From an uncultured Bacteroidota bacterium (GTDB lineage Bacteria; Bacteroidota; Bacteroidia; JADZBD01): a DNA stretch of 64,000 nt. Location of the stretch: the NCBI GenBank assembly GCA_937924855.1, contig CALEYQ010000057.1, positions 6,768-70,767 of the forward strand, given 5' to 3'. The notes beneath the pieces were generated by a model, which searched no databases, was not told the DNA's origin, and saw nothing but the letters and a program-made list of their open reading frames with translations. The position numbers and the translations under genes are program-made. The first letter of the stretch is position 1. Every line of letters starts with the position of its first letter. Shown here in pieces: positions 19,189 through 28,651 of this stretch.

Positions 19189-20487
19189 ATGAATATTGCC
19201 GTTATAGGAACCGGATATGTTGGATTGGTAACAGGAACCTGCCTCGCCGAGACCGGAAACATTGTAGTTTGTGTTGATATCGATGCAGAAAAAGTGCGTA
19301 AGATGAAAGCTGGAGAGGTTCCTATCTATGAGCCCCATCTCGGCAATCTGTTTCAACGAAACATAAAGGCATGCAGACTTTCCTTTACTACTTCCCTTGC
19401 CGACGCAGTTGAAAATGCCAAGGTTATTTTTTTGGCTCATCCCACTCCACCCGGAGAGGATGGCTCGGCTGATCTGAGTTATGTGCTCGGGGTAGCCGGC
19501 GATCTTGGGAAATTGATAAAGGACTATAAAGTTATTGTAGATAAAAGCACGGTGCCTGTTGGAACCGCTGAACTCGTGACGAAAGAAATTCAGAAAAATG
19601 CCAAGGTGGCTTTTGATGTTGTTTCCAATCCGGAATTTTTACGTGAAGGTTTTGCCGTAGACGATTTTATGAAACCCGACAGGGTGGTAGTTGGAACCGG
19701 CTCCGAAAAAGCAAAGGGAATCATGGAAGAGCTTTACCGGCCTTATGTCAGACAGGGGAATCCCATAATTTTCATGGATGAAAAATCTGCGGAGCTAACC
19801 AAATATGCTGCCAATGCTTTTCTTGCCACCAAAATCAGTTTCATGAATGAAATCGCCAATTTATGTGAATTGCTGGGTGCCGATGTTGACATGGTGCGAA
19901 TTGGTATCGGAAGTGACGACCGGATTGGAAAGCGGTTTTTGTTTCCGGGAATCGGTTACGGAGGTTCCTGTTTTCCAAAGGATGTGCAGGCACTCTCACT
20001 TTCTTCCAAAAAAGCAGGCTACGATTTTAAAATACTTTCTGCCGTGATGGCGGTGAATGAAATTCAGAAAACTATTCTGTTGCCACGAATTTTTGAACGA
20101 TTTGGTCCGGATTTGAAAGGAAAGACCTTCGCAGTCTGGGGGCTTGCTTTTAAACCCGATACCGATGACATTCGGGAGGCTCCTGCACTTTACATCATTA
20201 AAGAACTTCAAAAAGCGGGTGCAGAAATAAAAGCCTACGATCCGGAGGCGATGGACAATGTAAAAAAGGTAACCACCGGAGTTGGTTTTTCTTCCGACCC
20301 GTATGATGCTGTAGACGGAGCCGATGCCCTGATTATTTGTACGGAATGGAGCTTATTCAGGACACCCGACTTTAAGCGGATTAAATCCCTCCTCAAAAGT
20401 CCGGTTATCTTCGACGGAAGAAATCTGTATCCGGTAGATAAAATGCGCGAAGCGGGGTTTGATTATTCCAGTATTGGTCGCCCCTGA
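19189..20487 (+). CDS. ugd: UDP-glucose 6-dehydrogenase
   Basis: 432 aa. N-terminal Rossmann motif MNIAVIGTGYVGLVTG and the catalytic Cys region GGSCFPKD. Confidence 0.9.
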   Translation: MNIAVIGTGYVGLVTGTCLAETGNIVVCVDIDAEKVRKMKAGEVPIYEPHLGNLFQRNIKACRLSFTTSLADAVENAKVIFLAHPTPPGEDGSADLSYVLGVAGDLGKLIKDYKVIVDKSTVPVGTAELVTKEIQKNAKVAFDVVSNPEFLREGFAVDDFMKPDRVVVGTGSEKAKGIMEELYRPYVRQGNPIIFMDEKSAELTKYAANAFLATKISFMNEIANLCELLGADVDMVRIGIGSDDRIGKRFLFPGIGYGGSCFPKDVQALSLSSKKAGYDFKILSAVMAVNEIQKTILLPRIFERFGPDLKGKTFAVWGLAFKPDTDDIREAPALYIIKELQKAGAEIKAYDPEAMDNVKKVTTGVGFSSDPYDAVDGADALIICTEWSLFRTPDFKRIKSLLKSPVIFDGRNLYPVDKMREAGFDYSSIGRP

Positions 20488-23225
20488 TCCCGAAGACTGT
20501 AAATTGAAAGTGTTCCGTCTTTTCTTACAGAAATCAGTACCGGATTTCCATTTTTATATAGGTCGGAAATAGCAAATGGGGTGGAGCCCTGAAAGGGAAA
20601 TCCTCCCACCGGAAAGCCTTTGGCATCGAGTAAATATATTTCTTCCGAACCCCTGCAGGTAAAGCCCAGGTATTTTTTTCCGGCTCCTAATTGATAAACT
20701 TCCGGCCTTGAGGTAATGTATGTTTTGGGCTGAAAAGTGAAAACCTGTTTTCCGTCTCTTTCAAAAACAGAAACTTCGTTTTTCCGGTAAAAAATAAAAT
20801 CATTAAGGCCGTCGCCGGTGATGTCTTCAAAGGAAAAGCCGGAATAGGTTCCGGTGTTGTTTGTCTTAATAGTTTCCCGGTTCCCACCAAGCCGGATACG
20901 GGAGATTTCTCCGGAGGAATCGGCGCAGAAGATGGAAAATTCCCTGATGTCTTTGCCCCACTCAACTACGGGCCGGAAATGCATTTTTTCAAACGCTTCC
21001 TTCACTTTTAACTCGGTTTCACCCCGCCGGTTCATAACATAAATTTTCCCGGATTTGTCAACAGCTATAAGGTAGTCCTTACCCCCTGACCTGAAATGAA
21101 AGGGGGGCGTATGTAACTCGGATTCCATGACCGGCTGTGTCCATTTTGAAGCTGTTTCTCCCTTTACGGTAAGGTTCACTATTTTTCGGTCTGCGGTTCC
21201 AAATAAAATCCTGTAATCTCTGGAATTGTCATAATCATATACGGCCATTGGACTTATGGCGGGGGATTTTAATTTTTTTGGGAATCCTTCTACATATTTT
21301 CCATTTCGGTCAATCAGGTGGAGGTAATGGGGAGTAAGCAGAAGGTATTGCAGCTTATTATTGCGGTAGGCATCCACCTGAACCGGATTACCCATAATAG
21401 GACTTTCAAGATCCTTTTTCCACAAAATTTTTCCGGTGCCGGAAATAAGATAAAGACTTGCATTGGCATCCTGTACAAGAATTTCACGACCGCCGTTCAG
21501 GTGATTTTCCATTACCCAGGGCCGACTCAGAACCAAAGTGTCGAGTTTGGTTTCCCAAAGGGTGGTACTTTCCTTTTTTTCGGATGGATTATGACGAAGG
21601 AATAAATGGGTATAAAACAGAGCATTTTCAAGAGAAAGCTGCAGGGAAACCCCGTCATGTTTTTTTATTATTTCACTGAAACCACTGAAAACTTTTCCGA
21701 ATTCCTCATTGAGGAAGTTCAATATGTAGTCGTTCGACCTGGAGGGAGCCGAAAACAGGAAAATGTTGGAAGTTGAACTTAAGTGACCCTTGTAGAAATC
21801 TTTAAATCCGGAAGTGTTAAGCAGCCGGTTGCCTGATTCCATGTCGGTGATAAATTGTTTCAGCAATTCGGGCGAGGGACCGTAAACCAGATATTCGCCT
21901 GTGAAAAAATACCATGGAATTTCTCCGGCTGAAAAAGCTTGTCCCCTGAAGATTCCCGGAACATCTCCCAGGGCGGATTTCTGGATTGTATAATTCAGGT
22001 GAGCCAGACTGTCGGGAAGAGATTTTTTTAATTTCCGGGCGGCTCTTTCCGCGATACTCAGACTTTCCTTCATTAAATCGGGATCATTTGCATGCAATAC
22101 CACAAAGCGGCTGGATGACCTTTCCTCTCTTCCTGATATTCCCGTGCAGATTTCATTGCCAAGCCAGGATTCAAAGAGGTCCTCGGGATTTAAGTTCAGG
22201 GAATCTCTGCACCAGCTGTAAAAGGATGTAAGCGGTGATTGAATTTTGGCCGGGCTAAGCGCTTCGAAACCCTTTTCCCGAAAGGATGCAGGATCGGAAA
22301 ATCCCATCCAGATAAAGCTGTGAACGGAAGCCGGAAGCAATTTTATACCTTCGGGTTGAATGGGTTTTTGGCCCTGAAATGCAAACAGAGGATGATTTTT
22401 GGATTCCGGCAATGCCGTAAATCCTGTGAATGAAAGATAATTGGGTTTTATCTCGAGATCAAGGGCCGCAGCCATTTTGTCTGATCTCAGACTTTCCAGT
22501 CCGTTTTTTGATGGCGGATTCAGAATTTTATTAAGCAAGGTCGAAAGCGAAACATTGGAAAAATAGAAAGTCCCATCGGATCTGGAACTTTTGGTTTGGG
22601 CAATTTTTACAAACATAGAATCCTGCGTGATTCCTTTGTTGCTCATTTTTGTCTCCAGGCTGCTCAGAACCAGCCCACGGTGAAAACTTCCTATCCAAAC
22701 CCCTTCGTTGTGTGCGTAAAAAAAAGAACGGGCTGTATTTCCCAGGTGTACATTTTTTATGGGAATATTCCAAGAGGAAATGAAATCAGGTTCGCCTTTA
22801 CTGCCGAAATTCTCCAGTAATTTTTCAGGATCATTAATAAAACCTATTTCGGTAAATGAACTCAGAAAAAGGGGTTCGGTCAATGAATCTCCCATTGGAA
22901 TCAGAGAAACAAATAACTGATTCCTGGAAAAAATATCTCTTAAGGAATGATTCTCCTCGGCCAGACTGTCCAGGACCTTCAAGTCGCCCGCCAAGGATGA
23001 AAAAAATGGAGTTTCTCTCAGGTTGTTCCAGATTAGACTGATATCAGATAGCTTACGGTGTGCTTCCTTTAAATTTGAAGTCTCGATAATCAGGCTGGCA
23101 TCCGCCGGAATATAATCCAGGGCAGAATCAACTTTGTATTTTGCTTTCTGATAATAAAGGAAGAAAAATACCAGAATTCCGGTCATGGAGATTAGGGCCA
23201 GGGAAACCAGAATTTTTTTTGCCAT
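20463..23225 (-). CDS. Large membrane-anchored protein (920 aa), function unknown; resembles the Bacteroidetes DUF3352 family
   Basis: N-terminal TM ILVSLALISMTGILVFFFLYY, a long extracytoplasmic region, and a C-terminal third with beta-propeller-like repeats. Its 3' end overlaps the ugd 3' end by 25 nt (convergent). Confidence 0.55.
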   Translation of the reverse strand: MAKKILVSLALISMTGILVFFFLYYQKAKYKVDSALDYIPADASLIIETSNLKEAHRKLSDISLIWNNLRETPFFSSLAGDLKVLDSLAEENHSLRDIFSRNQLFVSLIPMGDSLTEPLFLSSFTEIGFINDPEKLLENFGSKGEPDFISSWNIPIKNVHLGNTARSFFYAHNEGVWIGSFHRGLVLSSLETKMSNKGITQDSMFVKIAQTKSSRSDGTFYFSNVSLSTLLNKILNPPSKNGLESLRSDKMAAALDLEIKPNYLSFTGFTALPESKNHPLFAFQGQKPIQPEGIKLLPASVHSFIWMGFSDPASFREKGFEALSPAKIQSPLTSFYSWCRDSLNLNPEDLFESWLGNEICTGISGREERSSSRFVVLHANDPDLMKESLSIAERAARKLKKSLPDSLAHLNYTIQKSALGDVPGIFRGQAFSAGEIPWYFFTGEYLVYGPSPELLKQFITDMESGNRLLNTSGFKDFYKGHLSSTSNIFLFSAPSRSNDYILNFLNEEFGKVFSGFSEIIKKHDGVSLQLSLENALFYTHLFLRHNPSEKKESTTLWETKLDTLVLSRPWVMENHLNGGREILVQDANASLYLISGTGKILWKKDLESPIMGNPVQVDAYRNNKLQYLLLTPHYLHLIDRNGKYVEGFPKKLKSPAISPMAVYDYDNSRDYRILFGTADRKIVNLTVKGETASKWTQPVMESELHTPPFHFRSGGKDYLIAVDKSGKIYVMNRRGETELKVKEAFEKMHFRPVVEWGKDIREFSIFCADSSGEISRIRLGGNRETIKTNNTGTYSGFSFEDITGDGLNDFIFYRKNEVSVFERDGKQVFTFQPKTYITSRPEVYQLGAGKKYLGFTCRGSEEIYLLDAKGFPVGGFPFQGSTPFAISDLYKNGNPVLISVRKDGTLSIYSLRDQGRPILE

Positions 23226-23322
23226 GTGTTAGATGCCCATAGGTTAAAGCAAATTTAAGTTGCCTGTGTGGGTAGGGGGGGAGAAAACAAGGTAGTTATT
23301 AAAGCCCTGCTGTGAATAAGGC

Positions 23323-23934
23323 TTAAAATTCCAGCGACAACTGTTCGGGAAGGAGGCGGAACGACATACGGTGGTGTTTGCAGGGTCCGTGTTTACGGAT
23401 GGCGTTTCGGTGGAAAGCCGTAGGGTATCCTGCGTTCTTATCCCAGCCATAATGTGGAAATTCCAGGTGTATTTTTTCCATGAAATCGTCGCGGTAAGTT
23501 TTTGCGAGAATGCTGGCAGCGGCTATGCTGGCGTATTTCCCATCGCCCTTAATGATGCAGCTGTGTGGAATTTTTTTGAATCCGGGAAAACGGTTGCCAT
23601 CAATAAGAATATGCTGGGGATCCTGATTTAGTCCGGAAAGGGCTTCCTGCATGGCTTTCATCGATGCCCGCAATATGTTAATGCGGTCAATCTCTTCGGG
23701 ATCAATCATAAAAACCGACCACGAAATGGCAAGTCTTTCGATTTCGCCACGCAGGAAATTCCGCTTCGATTTGCTGAGTTTTTTTGAGTCGTCGATGCCA
23801 TCCAGTGAAAATTCCGGCGGCAGAATTACTGCGGCAGCTACTACAGGCCCGGCCAGACAACCTCTGCCGGCCTCATCGCATCCGGCTTCAATTAAGCCCT
23901 GGTGGAGGTAGGGTAGTAGTTTCTTCAGGGGCAT
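23323..23934 (-). CDS. rnhB: Ribonuclease HII
   Basis: 203 aa. N-terminal EAGCDEAGRGCLAGPVVAAAV and the DDSKKL motif. Confidence 0.9.
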   Translation of the reverse strand: MPLKKLLPYLHQGLIEAGCDEAGRGCLAGPVVAAAVILPPEFSLDGIDDSKKLSKSKRNFLRGEIERLAISWSVFMIDPEEIDRINILRASMKAMQEALSGLNQDPQHILIDGNRFPGFKKIPHSCIIKGDGKYASIAAASILAKTYRDDFMEKIHLEFPHYGWDKNAGYPTAFHRNAIRKHGPCKHHRMSFRLLPEQLSLEF

Positions 23935-25049
23935 GACTTTAGGATGGATTGCCAGACTTTTTCGGCGGTTTTTTCCCAGGAAAATTGTTCTTTTCTCAGC
24001 TTCCCTTTTTGAATCAGCAGGGTCCTGAGATTTTCATCCGAAGAAATCCGGATCATGGATTCGGTTATTGAATCAACCGAATAAGGGTTGGCATAGAGGG
24101 CCGCATCGCCGGCTACTTCCGGAAGCGAGGTAACATTACCGGTGATTATAGGCGTTTCGCAATTCATGGCTTCAATTAAAGGAATTCCGAAGCCTTCAAA
24201 ATAAGGAACATAAACGAGAGAGAAAGCGGCACCGTAAAGTTCATTTAAGGTTTGATCGTTTACCCTTCCGGTAAAGATTAAATCCTCTCTGTATTTTAGT
24301 TTTCCGGCAATGCTTTCGTATTCAGCGGCCCAACCCATTTTTTCTCCGGCAATAACAAACCGGATATGGATGCCTGTTGTTTCCCGGAATTTCTCATAAG
24401 CCAATAACATTCGTGGAATGTTTTTCCGGGGATGAAGTGATCCTACATATAAAAAATAGGGTTTGCCCCCCGAATACTTCCGGCGGGTTTCTTCTTTCAT
24501 GGAAAATGTGGCAGGACGGAAATTTTCTTTGCTTCCGTTATACACCACATCAATCTGCTCTTCCCTGATTCCGTATTTTTCCATGATGGTCTTACGACTG
24601 TATTCTGAAACGGTTATTACCCTTTTCCCTTTTAGCGCATACCGGGGAAAAAAACGACGGTAATACCTCCGTGCAGCCGGCGGCAGGTGATCGGGAAAAT
24701 ATTCGAAATTGAGGTCGTGAATAACCGGTAGCGAAGGTACCCGGGTTCGAAGGGAAAGAAAACCGTCGGGAGAAAAAAACAAGTCAGGTTTTATTTTTTT
24801 GATGATTCCGGGCACCACCTGTTCCATCCAGAAATACCAAAGCAGAGGATGCCGTGTTTTTGGTCCGGCCTGAATCGGAATAATATTCGGGTGTCGGAGA
24901 AAGCAGGTGCCGGGCTGGCGATCGAAAAGGCAATAAAACTCCACCTCCGGGTGATTTCGGGCCATCCGCGATAAAGTTTCCCAGGCGAACACACCAATCC
25001 CCTCCAATTTCTCTTCAATCAACAAACGGCCGTTTATCAGAATTTTCAT
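23925..25049 (-). CDS. Glycosyltransferase family 1 (GT4-like, GT-B fold)
   Basis: 374 aa. C-terminal EGFGIPLIEAM...G.PIITGNV motif. Confidence 0.8.
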   Translation of the reverse strand: MKILINGRLLIEEKLEGIGVFAWETLSRMARNHPEVEFYCLFDRQPGTCFLRHPNIIPIQAGPKTRHPLLWYFWMEQVVPGIIKKIKPDLFFSPDGFLSLRTRVPSLPVIHDLNFEYFPDHLPPAARRYYRRFFPRYALKGKRVITVSEYSRKTIMEKYGIREEQIDVVYNGSKENFRPATFSMKEETRRKYSGGKPYFLYVGSLHPRKNIPRMLLAYEKFRETTGIHIRFVIAGEKMGWAAEYESIAGKLKYREDLIFTGRVNDQTLNELYGAAFSLVYVPYFEGFGIPLIEAMNCETPIITGNVTSLPEVAGDAALYANPYSVDSITESMIRISSDENLRTLLIQKGKLRKEQFSWEKTAEKVWQSILKSCP

Positions 25050-25112
25050 TGTACAAATATAGCAATCGCTCCGCCTTCCTTTCCCGCCTTCCCAATCGGT
25101 AACTTTTTATCT

Positions 25113-26564
25113 TTGCACATGCACAAAAAGTTTCTGAACAATCTGGCCCTGGTGCTTGGCTTAAACCTGGTTATAAAAACCTACTGGGTTTTCGGCATCG
25201 ACAGAGAAATGCAGAAAGCTGTTGGAACGGAAGATTACGGACTCTATTTTGCTTTGTTTAATTTTTCCTTTCTCCTGAATATACTCCTTGATTTCGGGAT
25301 TACCAATTTTAACAATAAAAATATTTCCCAAAACAATCAACTGCTTACCAAACATTTTTCTTCCCTAACGGTTCTCAAATTCTTTCTGGCCACCTTGTAC
25401 ATCGTCGTAACCCTTGTTTGCGGTTATTTTATAGGTTATGATTCCCGCCTGATGCGCCTCCTGATGTGGCTGGGCTTTAATCAGTTCCTGATCAGTTTTA
25501 TCATGTATTTGCGTTCTAATCTGGCCGGACTTCATTTGTTCAAGACCGATAGTTTTATTTCGGTGCTCGACCGTACCATAATGATAATTCTGTGCCTGTT
25601 CCTTCTTTATGGCAACTGGTTTCCGGAAATGGACATTATGTACTATGTGTATGCCCAAACCCTGGGATATGTGCTGACGGCTGTTATTACTTTCCTGATT
25701 GTGGTAGGTAAAACCGATTCCTTAAAACTGAAGTTTTCCCTTCCCTTCAGCATGATGATTTTGAAAAAGAGTTTTCCTTTTGCCGTCCTGGTTTTACTGA
25801 TGACTTTTTACAACCGGATTGACACTGTAATGCTTGAAAGAATGCTCCCGGATGGAGAAGGGGCCTATCAATCGGGAATTTATGCCCAGGGCTACCGCTT
25901 TCTGGATGCTACCAATATGATTGCTTTTCTGTTTTCAGGTCTCTTACTTCCAATGTTTTCACGGATGATAAAATTCAGAGAGCCCGTTGAACACCTGGTC
26001 AAGCTGAGTTACACCTTGTTGATTACTCCGGCCCTGGTTATAGGAATCGGATGCTTTTTCTACCGAAGTGAATTAATGTTTCTGCTCTATGGTATACATT
26101 TTGCGCCTTAATCTGCCCGGGTTTTTGCCGTTTTGATGGCCTGTTTTATCCCAATCTGCACCACCTATATTTTCGGAACCCTTTTAACGGCCAATGGAAA
26201 CTTAAAGGAGCTGAATTTAGTGGCCGCATCGGGTATGGTTATAAACATTGCCCTCAACCTGATCCTAATTCCCAAAATGTCTTCTTTTGGATCCTCTCTG
26301 GCCAGTTTTACTACCCAGGTTTTAACAGCCGGGGTGCAGGTAATCATTGTCCAGCGCTTTTTTAAGTTCCGTATAAACAAGCGCCTTTTGATTACCCTTG
26401 TTGTCTTTGCGGCCGGGGTGGGGGCAATTGCATTTGCCTCCAAGCGAATTTCCCAGGACTGGCTCGTTAATTTTGCCTTAATGGTAGGGGCTTCGGGCCT
26501 TTGGTCCTTTGCTATTGGGCTGATTTCCCTGAAAAGCGTTTTACGCTTCCTTAAGTACAAGTAA
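25113..26564 (+). pseudogene. wzx: Wzx-type polysaccharide flippase (PST family) interrupted by an in-frame TAA at 26109..26111; ORFs 25113..26111 and 26133..26564 are in the same frame
   Basis: Both ORFs start at positions divisible by 3 (25113 and 26133), and the stop at 26109 is in that frame. The intervening 21 nt read SARVFAV. Combined length is ~483 aa with ~12-14 TM, normal for Wzx. The second ORF starts with a TTG codon. Confidence 0.6.
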
Positions 26565-26671
26565 TGCCCTTTTTTTAAAATAATTTAGAGGTCTTTTCGT
26601 TGCCTTTTGATTGCAGGAATTTTGCTACTTTTGGCTCCCTGTTTTACCAAATGAAAAATACGGTCTGCTGA

Positions 26672-27703
26672 ATGGAAAAAGAAAGGAAAGATTTTTTTGA
26701 CAGTACTCATTTGCTTGTTTTTCTTTACGAGTGGAGAAAGCCTATTCTGTTAATTACCGCTGTAGGTGCTGTGGCAGCTATTATTGTGTCTTTAATTATT
26801 CCCAATAAGTACAAATCCACCGTCATTCTGTTTCCCACCACCACAAGCTCGGTTTCGAAAGCCCTTCTTTCCGAACAAAGAAGCCAAAAGGACGATATCC
26901 TCCAGTTTGGGGAGGAAGAAGAGGCAGAACAAATGCTTCAGGTGTTGAATTCTAATCATATCCGGCAACGGGTAATTGACCGGTTCAAACTCATGCAGCA
27001 TTACGAAATCGACAGTACCAGCCCCTATAAACTCACCAACCTTTATAAGCAATACGAAAGCAATATCTCTTTTGAAAGAACCGAATACATGTCGGTGAAA
27101 ATTGAAGTATTGGATGAGGTTCCCGAGTATGCTGCCAATATTGCCAACTACATAAGCGATCTCTACGATTCCACCATGGCTCTTATTCGTAAAGGTCGTG
27201 CACGCATGGGTATGGAATATGTTGAGAAAACCTATAATCAGCTTTCCTCCGAGGTGCAGGCTACGCAGGACTCCCTGAAGAAATTGATGGCACTGGGGGT
27301 AAACGATTATGAATCACAGGCCGAGAGGTTAAACGAAGCTCTGGGAAAAGCCATTTTGGAAGGAAAAACTGCTGCCGCCGAACAAATTAGAAGTCAACTG
27401 AAATTCCTTTCCCAATACGGTCAGGCTTATATGTCGCTACGTGATAACCTAGAATTTCAGCGTAAACAACTTTCCGAAGTTCGTGCGAAATACGAACAGG
27501 TCAAAATGGATTTCGAAGAAAAAATGCCCCTGAAGTTTGTAGTTGACCAGGCTTATCCCGCTGAAAAAAAATCCTATCCCGTCCGCTGGCTGATAGTTAC
27601 TGTTACCACCCTGGCTACCTTTGTTATTGCCGTTTTGGCTGTTATTGCTCTTGAAAGCTTTAATGCGATCCGGAAAAGAAAACCCTTTGAAAAAAAAGCG
27701 TAA
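26672..27703 (+). CDS. Wzz-like polysaccharide co-polymerase (chain-length determinant) without kinase domain
   Basis: 343 aa. N-terminal TM then IIPNKYKSTVILFP, a long coiled-coil periplasmic region, the PAEKKSYPVRWL proline motif, and a C-terminal TM. Confidence 0.65.
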   Translation: MEKERKDFFDSTHLLVFLYEWRKPILLITAVGAVAAIIVSLIIPNKYKSTVILFPTTTSSVSKALLSEQRSQKDDILQFGEEEEAEQMLQVLNSNHIRQRVIDRFKLMQHYEIDSTSPYKLTNLYKQYESNISFERTEYMSVKIEVLDEVPEYAANIANYISDLYDSTMALIRKGRARMGMEYVEKTYNQLSSEVQATQDSLKKLMALGVNDYESQAERLNEALGKAILEGKTAAAEQIRSQLKFLSQYGQAYMSLRDNLEFQRKQLSEVRAKYEQVKMDFEEKMPLKFVVDQAYPAEKKSYPVRWLIVTVTTLATFVIAVLAVIALESFNAIRKRKPFEKKA

Positions 27704-28648
27704 ATGGCTGATGTTTTTAATAATATGGACCTGTTTCGTTTGGCTTTGAAATATAAGAAGCCATTGGCGGTTCTTGTCCTAGCCTCAGGCCTACTGGCTT
27801 TTTTCTTTTCCAGTCCTTTGTTTATTCCTCCTAAATTTAAATCTTCCGCGGTTATTTACCCAAGCAATCTGATCCCCTACGGCATCGAAACCCCCTCTGA
27901 ACAGATGTTGCAGCTTTTTCAATCGAATGTCATTAAGGATTCGCTGATTCGGCGGCATCAGCTATCCAGGCATTACGGGGTTGATGAAAGCAAAACGGGT
28001 TGGAAAACAAACCTGATGCTGGAAGTTTCTGAAAATATCAGGGTCAGCAAAACCGAATATGAAGCCGTTGAAATCGAGGTGCTTGATACTAATCCGGATA
28101 CTGCATATCGGATGATGAGAAGCATGATCTACTTTTTCAACAAAATTACACGGAACATTCATAAAGAGAAATCCCAGGAAGTTGTGAATATTGTTTCCCG
28201 TCAGATTATGCTGAAACAAAAGGAAATCGATTCCATTTCCCTTGCCTTGAAGGAGATTAAAATAAAGTACGGAATTATCGATTATAAATCACAGGCAAAA
28301 GAAGCTGCCAAAGAATACTACCGGAGTCTGGGTGGGAACCCCAAAAAGACAGCTGACATTGTGGTTTCTATCAGGAACCTCGAAGAAAAAGGGAATGATT
28401 TTATTGCCCTTAACGAGCAACTGAAGTCAGGATTAGACAATCTTTATAAATTAAAAATTGACCTGGATAACGCCGTTCGTGACGTTACCAAAGAGTTAAC
28501 CTACACGAATGTAATTATTCAACCCATGAGACCCGACAAAAAGGCTTATCCCATCCGGTGGCTGATTTGTTCCTTTACCATGTTAAGTACACTCCTGGGC
28601 TCTCTGATTGTGATTTCCATTGTCGAGCGCCGGGGCAGACTTTCATAA
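27704..28648 (+). CDS. Wzz-like polysaccharide co-polymerase, tandem paralog of the preceding gene
   Basis: 314 aa. Same architecture: FIPPKFKSSAVIYP after TM1, PDKKAYPIRWL before TM2. The start is immediately after the upstream stop (TAAATG). Confidence 0.65.
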   Translation: MADVFNNMDLFRLALKYKKPLAVLVLASGLLAFFFSSPLFIPPKFKSSAVIYPSNLIPYGIETPSEQMLQLFQSNVIKDSLIRRHQLSRHYGVDESKTGWKTNLMLEVSENIRVSKTEYEAVEIEVLDTNPDTAYRMMRSMIYFFNKITRNIHKEKSQEVVNIVSRQIMLKQKEIDSISLALKEIKIKYGIIDYKSQAKEAAKEYYRSLGGNPKKTADIVVSIRNLEEKGNDFIALNEQLKSGLDNLYKLKIDLDNAVRDVTKELTYTNVIIQPMRPDKKAYPIRWLICSFTMLSTLLGSLIVISIVERRGRLS

Positions 28649-28651
28649 TTA

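Noticed and set aside
26109-26111. In-frame TAA as evidence of a reassigned stop codon (alternative genetic code)
   Set aside because: TAA terminates many clearly delimited genes in this window (e.g. DegT at 19175-19177, the PCP at 27701-27703, and the mini-lipoproteins), so the standard code applies.
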